From: a bacterium
GTDB lineage: Bacteria; Patescibacteriota; Minisyncoccia; Phycocordibacterales; DATDWN01
Length of the DNA: 48,326 nucleotides
NCBI GenBank assembly: GCA_037134875.1
Contig: JBAXLH010000006.1
Span: 1 to 48,326, forward strand
Direction of reading: 5' to 3'
Positions 1-9,331 of this stretch are shown here, piece by piece; positions within the stretch are counted from its first letter, which is position 1; every line of letters starts with the position of its first letter. Under the pieces are notes generated by a model that did not search any database, was not told the DNA's origin, and saw nothing but the letters and a program-made list of their open reading frames with translations. The position numbers and the translations under genes were made by a program.

Positions 1-154
1 TTCCTCGTCAGGATTGCTTTCAAAAAAGGTTCGAATTTTGTACAATGAATACCGCCAAAATTGAAATTTAAACACGGATCATATTTTTGTTAGATAGTTT
101 TCTGTATGCTACAATGACTAGAATATTACATAACTAAACTAATACTCTAAAAAG

Positions 155-517
155 ATGGGAAAAGAAAATATAGATAGTCAAGAATTTTGTCAGGAAGTGC
201 AGGAGCAGGCGTTATGGCATGAAAATGTGTGGGCGAAAAATTGGTTAAAAAAATTTAATGAAAAAAGTCCTCTTTTAGCAAACGTAGCAACAAGATTTAT
301 GAACGCATTTGAATACTGGTCCAGAGAATCTGCTGCTCCCGGACCAAAAGAAGCTTCCATACATAATTATGACTATAGTTTGATGGAACGTACAGAACCA
401 AGGTATGTTATAAGTCATGCTATCGGACCAATTGTTGGGGTATTTGCTGGTATGTACGGTTTTGTTAAAGGTGGAGAAGTTTTTGAAATCTTAAAGGAAA
501 AATATAAACTTAAATAA
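155..517 (+). CDS. Hypothetical protein (120 aa), one possible C-terminal hydrophobic segment
   Basis: ATG-started ORF in AT-rich DNA, 5 nt upstream of the next ORF; no recognisable motif. Confidence 0.6.
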   Translation: MGKENIDSQEFCQEVQEQALWHENVWAKNWLKKFNEKSPLLANVATRFMNAFEYWSRESAAPGPKEASIHNYDYSLMERTEPRYVISHAIGPIVGVFAGMYGFVKGGEVFEILKEKYKLK

Positions 518-522
518 AGTGT

Positions 523-819
523 ATGCTCGATTTGATTAACTTTTTTGACAGCATATTTAAAAAAAATGGTTTTTCTGAAAAGGAAATAAAAAAACTAGTT
601 GGAAATTTTTCTGCTATCTATATGTGTAATTTAATTGCAGATGCTGAACTTTCGGAATTACAACAACTTGAAGTTAACAGGCTCTCAGAAGCTTCAGAAT
701 GGAATGAAATTTTAAATTTAATCAGACTTAAATTCCCAAATGATCAAGTGTGGGCAGAATATTGCGAAAAGATCTTTGTTTCTCTAATGGATGAATATTT
801 TAAAGAAGTGGTACACTAA
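523..819 (+). CDS. Hypothetical small acidic/helical protein (98 aa)
   Basis: ORF tightly coupled to the previous one; no recognisable motif. Confidence 0.6.
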   Translation: MLDLINFFDSIFKKNGFSEKEIKKLVGNFSAIYMCNLIADAELSELQQLEVNRLSEASEWNEILNLIRLKFPNDQVWAEYCEKIFVSLMDEYFKEVVH

Positions 820-1020
820 ACATACTGATGAATAATGGTGTTAGAAGGGATCATCATGTTTCTTATGTGTAGTAGTTTTTTTTATATTATCTTTTTTGGT
901 GTTGATATATAAAACATCCCATCCTCTCTTTCATGCCAAGTTCTAACAGCCTCAACTATGTTCCGCAACAACTTTCTCTTTCTCTGGTATAATAACGTAT
1001 TATCAAACGTCATTATACAT

Positions 1021-1608
1021 ATGAATACACAAACAAAAATATTTTTTAAGTGGTTGCCGATTGCAGTTGTTATTACACTACTATCTTGTATGGTGTACGG
1101 TGTGGCGCAACAGCTCATCCGCCTTTCCGCCAACAATCCGCAAGTAGCTTTGGCACAGGATGTTGCTCTCGGTCTCTCTCACGGCGCATCAAGCCCCGAC
1201 TCTCTCGTTGGTGGATCAAAAGTTGAAATATCGCAGAGTCTTTCGATGTATGTGTTGGTGTATGGAAATGACGGCACACTTATGTTCTCTTCCGCCACTC
1301 TCGACGGAAATACTCCGACACTTCCTCAGGGTGTCATAGAGTCAGCAAAACAAAAAGGCGAGAATCGTATTACGTGGCAACCGAAAAAAGGGGTTCGACA
1401 GGCGCTCGTTGCTCTCTCATACAGCGGACAGAATTCTGGTGTCGTTGTTGTTGGCAGATCACTCTCCGAGTCGGAGCGTCTCATAGGCAAAATAGGTTTT
1501 GATGTCTGTGTTGGGTGGATTGTGACGCTCATTGTGTCATATATTGCTTTCTATGGCGTCGATATATATGTACGGAGATATGTCTATCTAAACGAAAATG
1601 GAAAATAG
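1021..1608 (+). CDS. Two-TM membrane protein with an extracytoplasmic domain resembling a histidine-kinase sensor module, without a kinase domain
   Basis: N-terminal TM (WLPIAVVITLLSCMVYGV), ~130-aa loop ending VVVVGRSL, second TM; start moved to ATG 1021, downstream of TGgTATAAT at 985-993. Confidence 0.7.
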   Translation: MNTQTKIFFKWLPIAVVITLLSCMVYGVAQQLIRLSANNPQVALAQDVALGLSHGASSPDSLVGGSKVEISQSLSMYVLVYGNDGTLMFSSATLDGNTPTLPQGVIESAKQKGENRITWQPKKGVRQALVALSYSGQNSGVVVVGRSLSESERLIGKIGFDVCVGWIVTLIVSYIAFYGVDIYVRRYVYLNENGK

Positions 1609-2131
1609 AAAAAATTACATCTTAATTTTGATTGCCCTTGTTCTTGTTATCGCAATTGGATTGTATATCTATGGAAGCAAACAGAGCATAGCTCCTACCG
1701 GGAATGTAGATGATACGACTGGTACTATCGCAAGCTCGACTCAATATACAAACAGCCAATATAGATTTACTTTGTCTCTACCACAAAGTTGGGAGGGATA
1801 TTCTGTTGTCACAGGAAAATGGGAAGGGTACTCACTTGGAGGGCAAACTCAGACAATAATAGAAACTGGGCCAATGATTTCCATTCGTCATCCTCTCTGG
1901 ACACAGCAGGTTCCACGACAAGATATTCCGATTATGCTTTTCACTCTAGCACAGTGGAATGATTTGCTAGCGGAGAAATTCCACATTGGAGCAGCGCCAA
2001 TCGGACCAAGCGAGCTCGGGCGAAACGCGCAATATGTGTTTGCTCTGCCTGCACGATACAATTTTGCCTATTTACCCGGTTTTGAGGAAGTTGACCAGAT
2101 TATTCAAAGCAAGGCACTCCATACGTTTTAG
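1598..2131 (+). CDS. Membrane-anchored extracellular protein (YTNSQYRFTLSLPQSW motif, PsbP-like start)
   Basis: Single N-terminal TM, Thr-rich linker, Y-x-N-x-x-Y-x-F-x-L-x-x-P-x-x-W motif common in CPR surface proteins. Confidence 0.7.
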   Translation: MENRKNYILILIALVLVIAIGLYIYGSKQSIAPTGNVDDTTGTIASSTQYTNSQYRFTLSLPQSWEGYSVVTGKWEGYSLGGQTQTIIETGPMISIRHPLWTQQVPRQDIPIMLFTLAQWNDLLAEKFHIGAAPIGPSELGRNAQYVFALPARYNFAYLPGFEEVDQIIQSKALHTF

Positions 2132-2784
2132 TGTGCAATTGTGAACGCAAACACATTTCGGACGTCGGTTTCAAATAGTGTTTTGCGTGCCTCGCAGAGA
2201 GTTGTTCCGGTTGTGACGACGTCGTCCACGAGTATTGCATACATTCCGCCGAGTTTATCACTCGCACGGAAACATCCGTCCAGGTTTTTCATTCTTTGTT
2301 CTCTTGATTCGGAGCGACTTTGTTTTGGTGTTTCTTTTACTTTTTCAAACCATTGTGGGGCGTAGAGGAGTACGTGCCCGAGATCATTTTCCAGAATTGC
2401 GCGCGCGATGTACTCGCTCTGGTTATATCCGCGTTCAGATCGTCTCTCTGCAGAAATCGGAATGGGAAGCAATACAAATTTCGCATCACGATCAAACAGC
2501 AACGTATCCGAAATAACAGAGACAATTTCTTCGTACAACATTTTTCCAATATGTTCGAGCGGTAATGTGTTATTTTTATATTTGAGTTCCCAGATAATTG
2601 CACGAACCCGATTGTCTTTGTAGTGAAAGAGGGGAGTTATCCACGAATTTCCTGCAACAGGTGGAGCTGGAGGAAGTTTTGCAATATGTTCTGCTGTAAG
2701 TTTTCGGACTATTTCAAAGTCACTTCTTTTTGGTAGAATTGAATCGAGAATATGTGAGAGCAATTTTTCTAAACTTTTCAACAT
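2128..2784 (-). CDS. comF: ComF/ComFC family phosphoribosyltransferase-like competence protein
   Basis: PIP...ERGYNQS, R..N...F and ILVDDVVTTGTTL PRPP-binding motif; start placed at ATG 2784 (MLKSL). Confidence 0.9.
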   Translation of the reverse strand: MLKSLEKLLSHILDSILPKRSDFEIVRKLTAEHIAKLPPAPPVAGNSWITPLFHYKDNRVRAIIWELKYKNNTLPLEHIGKMLYEEIVSVISDTLLFDRDAKFVLLPIPISAERRSERGYNQSEYIARAILENDLGHVLLYAPQWFEKVKETPKQSRSESREQRMKNLDGCFRASDKLGGMYAILVDDVVTTGTTLCEARKTLFETDVRNVFAFTIAH

Positions 2785-2828
2785 AGATATATTATAACTC
2801 GTTTTTGTGTGATATAATAAAATTTCGT
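2785..2828. promoter_or_regulatory. Divergent back-to-back -10 promoters for comF and pilM
   Basis: TATAAT on the minus strand (2791-2796) 6 nt from the comF ATG; extended TGaTATAAT on the plus strand (2810-2818) 10 nt from the pilM ATG. Confidence 0.6.
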
Positions 2829-3974
2829 ATGGCAAATCCTTTCTCAGACTTTTTTGATAGCTTCTTAAAAAAACAGGGGGATACTGTGCTCGGTATTGAT
2901 ATTGGTTCATCTTCCATCAAAGTAGTTCAGCTTCGCAGGAAAAACGGGCGGGCACTTTTGGAAACGTATGGAGAGTTGGCACTTGGTCCGTATGCCGGAA
3001 AAAGCATTGGCGAGGCCACAAATCTTGCTCCAGAAAAAATAATCGAGGCACTTGGTGATTTGCTCAAGGAAAAAGAAGTCAATATTACCACTCACGTGTG
3101 TGGAATGGCTGTACCATTTTCTGCGTCACTTATGTCCGTTATCGAATTGCCAGCCGTACCAATAAAACAGCTCGCATCAATGGTTCCGATCGAAGCTAGA
3201 AAATATATTCCAGTGCCGATTTCTGAGGTGGCACTCGACTGGTCACTCATTCCAAAGGATAACAATCCAGAAGACGGTGACAATGAGGAAAAACCAAAAA
3301 CTGATGCGAATGGAAATCCAATACCTCCAAAAATTGAAGTGCTCATTGTTGCTTTGCACAATGACACAATTTCCCGCTACAAAGATATTGTTGCAAAAAA
3401 TTCTCTTGACGCCACCTTTTTTGAAATTGAGATATTTAGCACAATGCGATCTATTTTGGATCAGGATACAAATCCTATTATGATTGTTGATATTGGTGCA
3501 ACCACCACCAAGCTTTTTATTGTCGAGCGCGGTATTTTGCGATCGTCACATATGATCAACAGAGGTTCACAAAGTATTACCAACTCTCTGTCAAAATCTC
3601 TCGGTCTTTCGGTGGATGATGCAGAAATAATAAAACGAGAAAAAGGAATGCTCGGAGTAGCCAACGGAATCGGTATCAAAGATATTATTACTATCACACT
3701 CGACTATATTTTTACCGAGGCAAACCATATCGTGCTGGCATATCAGAAGAAATATAACAAAAATATAAAAAAGATTGTGCTCGTCGGTGGGGGAAGTGCA
3801 CTCAAAGGTATTGTGGATGTGGCAAAAAAGAATTTTCAAACAGAAGTCGTCGGTGGAGATCCATTTTCAAAAGTAATTGCACCGGCGTTTTTGGAGAAGG
3901 TGCTCAAGGAGACGGGACCGGAATTTGCAGTGGCTGTGGGTGTTGCCTTGCGTCGCCTCCAAGAACTAGAGTAA
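2829..3974 (+). CDS. pilM: Type IV pilus assembly protein PilM (actin-like)
   Basis: LGIDIGSSSIKVVQL, IVDIGATTT, LVGGGSALKG, FAVAVGVALR motifs; first gene of the pil cluster. Confidence 0.93.
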   Translation: MANPFSDFFDSFLKKQGDTVLGIDIGSSSIKVVQLRRKNGRALLETYGELALGPYAGKSIGEATNLAPEKIIEALGDLLKEKEVNITTHVCGMAVPFSASLMSVIELPAVPIKQLASMVPIEARKYIPVPISEVALDWSLIPKDNNPEDGDNEEKPKTDANGNPIPPKIEVLIVALHNDTISRYKDIVAKNSLDATFFEIEIFSTMRSILDQDTNPIMIVDIGATTTKLFIVERGILRSSHMINRGSQSITNSLSKSLGLSVDDAEIIKREKGMLGVANGIGIKDIITITLDYIFTEANHIVLAYQKKYNKNIKKIVLVGGGSALKGIVDVAKKNFQTEVVGGDPFSKVIAPAFLEKVLKETGPEFAVAVGVALRRLQELE

Positions 3975-3975
3975 A

Positions 3976-4091
3976 TTTTCCAAAATTGACGCATTTCTGC
4001 GTTGCTCAAATTTTTTCCTCCCGCGCAGTATTTCTATACAGCTTGGTCGCAAAAAATTTTCGCGCCTTGAACTGCATTCAATTTTGAAAAA
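3976..4091. repeat. Imperfect nested palindrome (second element type); its 3' end is repeated at 4163-4190
   Basis: Outer arms ttttccaaaattga/tcaattttgaaaaa, inner aaatttttt/aaaaaattt, apical gtat-ttct-atac; 4063-4090 matches 4163-4190 at 25/28. Confidence 0.65.
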
Positions 4092-4217
4092 CTTAAGGTA
4101 CGGCTCCTCTCATTTTCAAATACTCAACATCGGATTTCATCCAAATTGTAAAAGTTTCAGTCCGCCTAGAACTACACTCAATTTTGAAAAATTTTTAAAT
4201 TCTAAATATTGGATCGA

Positions 4218-4332
4218 CTCAACTCACAGGAGTACACATTTTTGGGTCATTGCGAGCGCGACGGCGCGAACACGAGGAATTTTCTAGCAAGAAAATATCC
4301 GTGCCCAAAAATGTGTACTCCTGTGAGTTGAG
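4218..4332 (+). repeat. Hairpin element copy 1 (GACG/AGCA core, perfect 29-bp arms)
   Basis: Arm 4218-4246 is the exact reverse complement of 4304-4332; core cattgcgagcgcgacggcgcgaacacgaggaattttctagcaagaaaatatccgt. Confidence 0.92.
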
Positions 4333-4407
4333 GAGAAGATACTTAAAAAAGTTTTTGCACAGTTGCGATAGTATTTTATTTCACTGTGTATTATAATTGT
4401 ATTGATT

Positions 4408-5013
4408 ATGGAACCTAAATTTCAATCATCATTCATTCCAAAAAAACCTATTGGAAATGGATCAGAAATACGTTCGGCTCCTATCTACACCGGAAACATT
4501 TTTTCTACTGTCGCAACCGCACTATTCATTGTCACCATTCTCGGAGCTGGAGGTATTTTTGCATACGAGCAATATTTAAATAGTCAGATAGATGCAGTAA
4601 ACAAACAAATCCTTGATGCAAAAAACGCATTCAAGCCAGAATCAATCCAGTCACTGCTTGATATTGACTCACGTATTAGCTCCACACAACAGCTTCTCCA
4701 GAAACACGTTGCGGTCTCAGAACTTTTTGGTTTGATTCAAGATTTGACCGTAAAAAAGGTAAAATTCAATAACTTTTCTTTTTCAAACACAAATAATGCT
4801 TTAAATATATCAATGGATGTTGAAGCACAGAGCTACAATGCTCTTGCTGAGCAGTCAGATATCTTTGCAAAAGACACATTTCTCAAAAATCCGCAGTTTT
4901 TTGGATTCGATTTGGCAGAAAATGGTAATATAAAGGCAAAGTTCACAGCAACTGTTGATCCAACACTTATTTCATACCAAAAAAAGATCCAAAAAGACAC
5001 ATCTGCACAATAA
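4408..5013 (+). CDS. pilN: PilN-like pilus alignment protein
   Basis: N-terminal SFIPK (PilM-binding-like) motif, one TM, coiled coil, ferredoxin-like C-terminus; follows pilM. Confidence 0.75.
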   Translation: MEPKFQSSFIPKKPIGNGSEIRSAPIYTGNIFSTVATALFIVTILGAGGIFAYEQYLNSQIDAVNKQILDAKNAFKPESIQSLLDIDSRISSTQQLLQKHVAVSELFGLIQDLTVKKVKFNNFSFSNTNNALNISMDVEAQSYNALAEQSDIFAKDTFLKNPQFFGFDLAENGNIKAKFTATVDPTLISYQKKIQKDTSAQ

Positions 5014-5014
5014 T

Positions 5015-5569
5015 ATGAAATCACTTATTCCATTTTTAGTTATCATAGTTTGTATCGCGGCCTATTTTCTCTATATAGGTCCTGGTATTAGTGATGTAAA
5101 CGTACTCAGAGCAAAATTGTCAGATTATATCAATACGAGCAATCAGTCTACACAAATAAACAAAACTCGAGACTCAATCCAAGCAACACTCAATTCAATT
5201 CCTGGAGAAGACATTGCAAAACTCGACAAAGTTGTACCTGACACAATGGACAGCGTTCTTTTGGTGTCAGATCTCAGCACTATTGCAAGCAGGTATGGAA
5301 TGGTAGTACGAAGTGTGCAGATAGCTGAACCAACAGAAAATACGGGGGATAGGGTTGTTGTTCGTGAGGCACAAGGTCCATTCAAAGTCACAGCAGTTGG
5401 GTTTACGGTAAATGGTGGCTATGATCAATTCATCAAATTTTTGAAAGATCTTGAAACAAGTGCTCGACTGTTGGATGTCAAGACAATTGCCATCAAAGAT
5501 TCTTCCAAGACGGCCAATGGGACATCATACGATTTCACCTTAGCAGTTAATACATATTCACTTAGATAA
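5015..5569 (+). CDS. pilO: PilO-like pilus alignment protein
   Basis: TM, coiled coil, L...VP, G.Y..F..FL..LE...RL pattern typical of PilO. Confidence 0.85.
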   Translation: MKSLIPFLVIIVCIAAYFLYIGPGISDVNVLRAKLSDYINTSNQSTQINKTRDSIQATLNSIPGEDIAKLDKVVPDTMDSVLLVSDLSTIASRYGMVVRSVQIAEPTENTGDRVVVREAQGPFKVTAVGFTVNGGYDQFIKFLKDLETSARLLDVKTIAIKDSSKTANGTSYDFTLAVNTYSLR

Positions 5570-5570
5570 T

Positions 5571-5954
5571 ATGGGATCATCACTTCTCAAAAAACTCATA
5601 ATGTCTCTCATAATAGTCGGTGGACTTGGGTTTATTGCGTACAGCATCTTTTTTATGGCCCCAAGTGCTGATGTTTCGAGTGTTGCGTCGAGTACAGATT
5701 CAACAGGAGATGGAAATGATATTGTCTCACTCGCACAAAAGCTCCAAAATGTAAAAATAGATCAGACACTTTTTTCTTCTAATATTTTCAAATCTCTCAA
5801 GGACTACTCTGCTCCGGTAACTCCAGAGCCACAAGGTAGACCAAACCCATTTGCTTCGATAGGTAACGATGCAAATTTTGTGCCATCTACTCCTGTTACC
5901 AAGCCAGCTACGACTACACAGAAATCAGCTGGTGCAACGTCTGGAGTATTCTAG
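5571..5954 (+). CDS. Small membrane-anchored pilus accessory protein (PilP position, GRPNPF motif)
   Basis: One TM, Ser/Thr linker, PQGRPNPF resembling the PilP RxPF motif; lies after pilO. Confidence 0.6.
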   Translation: MGSSLLKKLIMSLIIVGGLGFIAYSIFFMAPSADVSSVASSTDSTGDGNDIVSLAQKLQNVKIDQTLFSSNIFKSLKDYSAPVTPEPQGRPNPFASIGNDANFVPSTPVTKPATTTQKSAGATSGVF

Positions 5955-5974
5955 GCGCAATTAATTGATTATTT

Positions 5975-7690
5975 ATGGATATTACAGAAGTTCTCGTACA
6001 AAAAGGCCTACTCAAGGCAGAAAATGTTGATGCTATTAAAGACGAAGCAGTCTCAACAGGTCTGACAATTGAGCAGGTTCTCATAAAAAACGGCGTGTCC
6101 GCAAATGACATCCTACAAGCAAAGGGTGAGTTTTTGGATATTCCGACGAAAAAAATCGACAATCAGGAGATACCTGGCAAAATTTTGGAGTATATTCCCG
6201 AGGACTCCGCACGACACTATCGTTTTGTTCCACTTGCTGTGACAGATGGAGTGCTCGAGATTGGAATGGTTGATCCGGATGATATCGAGGCTCACGATGC
6301 GCTCAACTTTATTTCTTCAAAAGTGCAGATGCCTTTCAAAATTTTTCTTATCACAGAAGAAGATTTTGGAAAAGTAATTACATTGTACAAAGGTCTGACA
6401 GGAGAAGTGTCAAAAGCTCTCAATGAACTTGAAACAGAACTCCGAATAGAAACTTCTGCAGAGGAAGAAAAAGAAAACAAAAAAGATTCTTCACAGAGTG
6501 GTCCGATTAGCGAGGATGCACCGGTAACAAAAATCGTAGCAACTATTTTGCGATATGCGACTGATGGAAATGCCTCCGACATTCACATTGAGCCATGGCG
6601 AGAAAACGTAAAAGTACGTTTTCGAGTTGATGGTGTGATGAATACCAGCCTCGTGTTGCCGTTCAAGGTCCACTCGGCTGTGATTGCGCGTATCAAAATT
6701 CTCTCCAATATGCGTCTCGACGAAAAACGCAAACCACAAGACGGACGTTTTACTGCGCGTATCGAAGGTCGCAAAATTGACTTCCGTGTCTCTACATTTC
6801 CGACATATTTCGGTGAAAAGGTGGTTATGAGAATTCTTGATCAGGAAAAGGGTGTCAAAAAACTCGACCAAATCGGTCTCTCAAAAAGAAATCTCGATCT
6901 TATTCGTGAAGCAATCGAAAAACCCTACGGACTCATTCTCATTTCTGGTCCGACCGGATCTGGAAAAACAACAACACTGTATTCGATGTTAAACGAAATT
7001 GACCGCGAACATCAAAACGTGCTTTCTCTCGAGGATCCTATCGAATACAACATTGAGGGAATGTCACAGTCTCAAGTGAAGGCGGAAATTGGTTATACAT
7101 TTGCATCCGGTTTGCGTACAACACTCCGACAAGACCCCGATGTTATCATGGTGGGTGAGATTCGAGACAAAGAGACAGCACAGCTGGCCATCCAAGCTGC
7201 GCTCACTGGTCACCTTGTGCTTTCTACTATTCACACCAACTCAGCTACTGGTGTTATTCCGCGACTCGTAGATATGGGTGTTGATCCATACCTCATTGCA
7301 CCTACACTTATTCTCGCAATCGCTCAACGACTTGTGCTCGGTCTCTGTCCTGATGGTGGAAAGGAGATGGTGCTCGAAGGAGGTTTGAAAGTGATGATAG
7401 ACAAGCAGTTTGAAGATTTACCAAAAAAATTCAGAGACGAACTTCCTCTCAAAGACAAAGTATATGAAGCTGTCAGCACAAATGATTGTCCAAACGGTAC
7501 GCGTGGACGAGTCGCTGTGCTCGAAGTTTTGGAAATGACAAAGGAAATAGAAGCTGTTATTTTGAAAAGTCCTACTGAGCTCGAGATTACAAAGATTGCA
7601 CGATCAATGGGAATGCTCACAATGAAAGAAGATGCGATTATAAAAGCGATGAACAGAGAGATTCCTTTTGAAGAAGTGAACACGCTGTGA
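5975..7690 (+). CDS. pilB: Type IV pilus extension ATPase PilB/GspE
   Basis: ASDIHIEP, PQDGR, Walker A GPTGSGKTT, LRQDPDVIMVGEIRD, TGHLVLSTIHTN. Confidence 0.95.
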   Translation: MDITEVLVQKGLLKAENVDAIKDEAVSTGLTIEQVLIKNGVSANDILQAKGEFLDIPTKKIDNQEIPGKILEYIPEDSARHYRFVPLAVTDGVLEIGMVDPDDIEAHDALNFISSKVQMPFKIFLITEEDFGKVITLYKGLTGEVSKALNELETELRIETSAEEEKENKKDSSQSGPISEDAPVTKIVATILRYATDGNASDIHIEPWRENVKVRFRVDGVMNTSLVLPFKVHSAVIARIKILSNMRLDEKRKPQDGRFTARIEGRKIDFRVSTFPTYFGEKVVMRILDQEKGVKKLDQIGLSKRNLDLIREAIEKPYGLILISGPTGSGKTTTLYSMLNEIDREHQNVLSLEDPIEYNIEGMSQSQVKAEIGYTFASGLRTTLRQDPDVIMVGEIRDKETAQLAIQAALTGHLVLSTIHTNSATGVIPRLVDMGVDPYLIAPTLILAIAQRLVLGLCPDGGKEMVLEGGLKVMIDKQFEDLPKKFRDELPLKDKVYEAVSTNDCPNGTRGRVAVLEVLEMTKEIEAVILKSPTELEITKIARSMGMLTMKEDAIIKAMNREIPFEEVNTL

Positions 7691-7718
7691 TACTATATAT
7701 ACAGTAACAAAATTATTT

Positions 7719-8114
7719 ATGACCGAAGAAAATAAAAACGTAAAGATATTGCTTGTCGATGATGACAGATTTCTGCTCGATATGTATGTGCTCAAATTTA
7801 AATCGAACGGTATACATATAGACACGTGTGCAAGTAGCAAAGCGGCACTCGACAAAATTCATGAAAATGATACATACGATATTATTTTGCTTGATATCAT
7901 AATGCCAGGAATGGATGGAGTAGAGCTACTCAAAACAATCAGAGATGAAAAATTGGCACAAAAATCTACCATAATAATGCTCACAAATCAGGCCGATGAG
8001 ATTGAAAAAGTCAAAAAAATTGGTGTTGATGGTTTTATTATAAAAGCCACATCTATTCCGTCAGAAGTTGTTGCTTCGGTACTCGATATTCATCAAAAGA
8101 AAATTAATAAATAA
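7719..8114 (+). CDS. Single-domain response regulator (CheY-like receiver)
   Basis: ILLVDDD, LLDIIMPGMDG (phosphoacceptor Asp), MLTN, FIIK. Confidence 0.92.
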   Translation: MTEENKNVKILLVDDDRFLLDMYVLKFKSNGIHIDTCASSKAALDKIHENDTYDIILLDIIMPGMDGVELLKTIRDEKLAQKSTIIMLTNQADEIEKVKKIGVDGFIIKATSIPSEVVASVLDIHQKKINK

Positions 8115-8126
8115 TTTACATATACA

Positions 8127-9194
8127 ATGGCATCTGAATATGCAAAAAAATTTGAGGAACTTGTTGAACTAATGCTCAAAGAAGACGCATCAGACCTCCA
8201 TCTTTCTGAAGACCGCCAGCCAATGATACGTGTTGCTGGTTCTCTCATTCCGATGGTCAAATATCCAGCACTCACCAAGTCTGATATGAAAAGTATTTTG
8301 GAGCTTCTTCTTGATGATTCAAAAAAACAGATATTTGAGGATACAAAATCAGTTGACCTTGCATATAGTCACAACGAAAAAACTCGTTTCAGATGTAATG
8401 TATTTATGCGTATTGGCAAAATCAGTCTTGCAATGCGTCTCATACCGAGACAAATAAAAACTATCGAAGAACTCAGACTTCCTTCCATAATTGAGACATT
8501 TACCACAAAACAGCAGGGATTTTTCCTTGTAGTGGGTCCAACTGGTCATGGCAAAAGTACCACTCTTGCTTCTCTTATCGAAATGATTAACGAGAGACGT
8601 TTGGAACACATCATTACAATTGAAGATCCGATTGAATACCTCTTTGAATCAAAAAAGTCCGTGATTGATCAGCGAGAAATTTTACAGGACAGTCCAGACT
8701 TTCACAAAGCACTCAAGGATATGTTCCGAGAAGATGTGGATGTGCTGATGGTGGGAGAAATGCGAGATCCAGAAACAATGTCAACCGCCGTGACCGCTGC
8801 AGAGACCGGACACCTCGTGTTTTCAACACTGCACACCAACACAGCTGCACAGACTGTTTCGCGTATCATTGACTCGTTCTCTACAGAACAACAAGACCAG
8901 ATTCGCGTTCAACTCTCGGCCAGTCTTCTGGGTATTTTCTCCCAGCGTCTCGTACCACGAGTGTCTGGAGGACTCATCCCAGCTTGTGAGCTTCTCATCA
9001 ACAACACAGCTGTAGCAAACCTCATCCGAGAAAACCGCACACATGAACTCGAGTCAGTTATTGAGACCAGCTCGGATCAGGGAATGATAAACCTCAACAA
9101 ATACTTGGCGGAGCTCGTCAGTGCTGGAGAAATAACGATTGAAAACGCGTATTTGTATTCAAGTAATCCAAAAAGTTTGGAAAGGATGTTATAA
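8127..9194 (+). CDS. pilT: Type IV pilus retraction ATPase PilT
   Basis: ASDLHL, GPTGHGKST, TIEDPIE, VGEMRD, AETGHLVFSTLHT, AVANLIRE (PilT AIRNLIRE motif). Confidence 0.94.
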   Translation: MASEYAKKFEELVELMLKEDASDLHLSEDRQPMIRVAGSLIPMVKYPALTKSDMKSILELLLDDSKKQIFEDTKSVDLAYSHNEKTRFRCNVFMRIGKISLAMRLIPRQIKTIEELRLPSIIETFTTKQQGFFLVVGPTGHGKSTTLASLIEMINERRLEHIITIEDPIEYLFESKKSVIDQREILQDSPDFHKALKDMFREDVDVLMVGEMRDPETMSTAVTAAETGHLVFSTLHTNTAAQTVSRIIDSFSTEQQDQIRVQLSASLLGIFSQRLVPRVSGGLIPACELLINNTAVANLIRENRTHELESVIETSSDQGMINLNKYLAELVSAGEITIENAYLYSSNPKSLERML

Positions 9195-9201
9195 TAAATG
9201 T

Positions 9202-9320
9202 AGATTCCAGAGTAAAAAATTTAATTTCAAAAAACGGATAAATTTTTGCTAAAATTTTCCGGCGTGTAGTGCCGTCGCGCTCGCAATGTTTTTGAAATCA
9301 AATTTTTTACTCTGAAATCT
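9202..9320 (-). repeat. Hairpin element copy 2 (32-bp arms, 2 mismatches)
   Basis: Arms 9202-9233/9289-9320; minus-strand core cattgcgagcgcgacggcactacacgccggaaaattttagcaaaaatttatccgt. Confidence 0.9.
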
Positions 9321-9331
9321 GGCTATCTCAT

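Noticed and set aside
2785-2910. N-terminal extensions of comF and pilM in the ORF track (similarly for 958, 4955, 14502, 23498, 24854)
   Set aside because: They overlap neighbouring genes, promoters or repeat arms; downstream ATGs match family N-termini.
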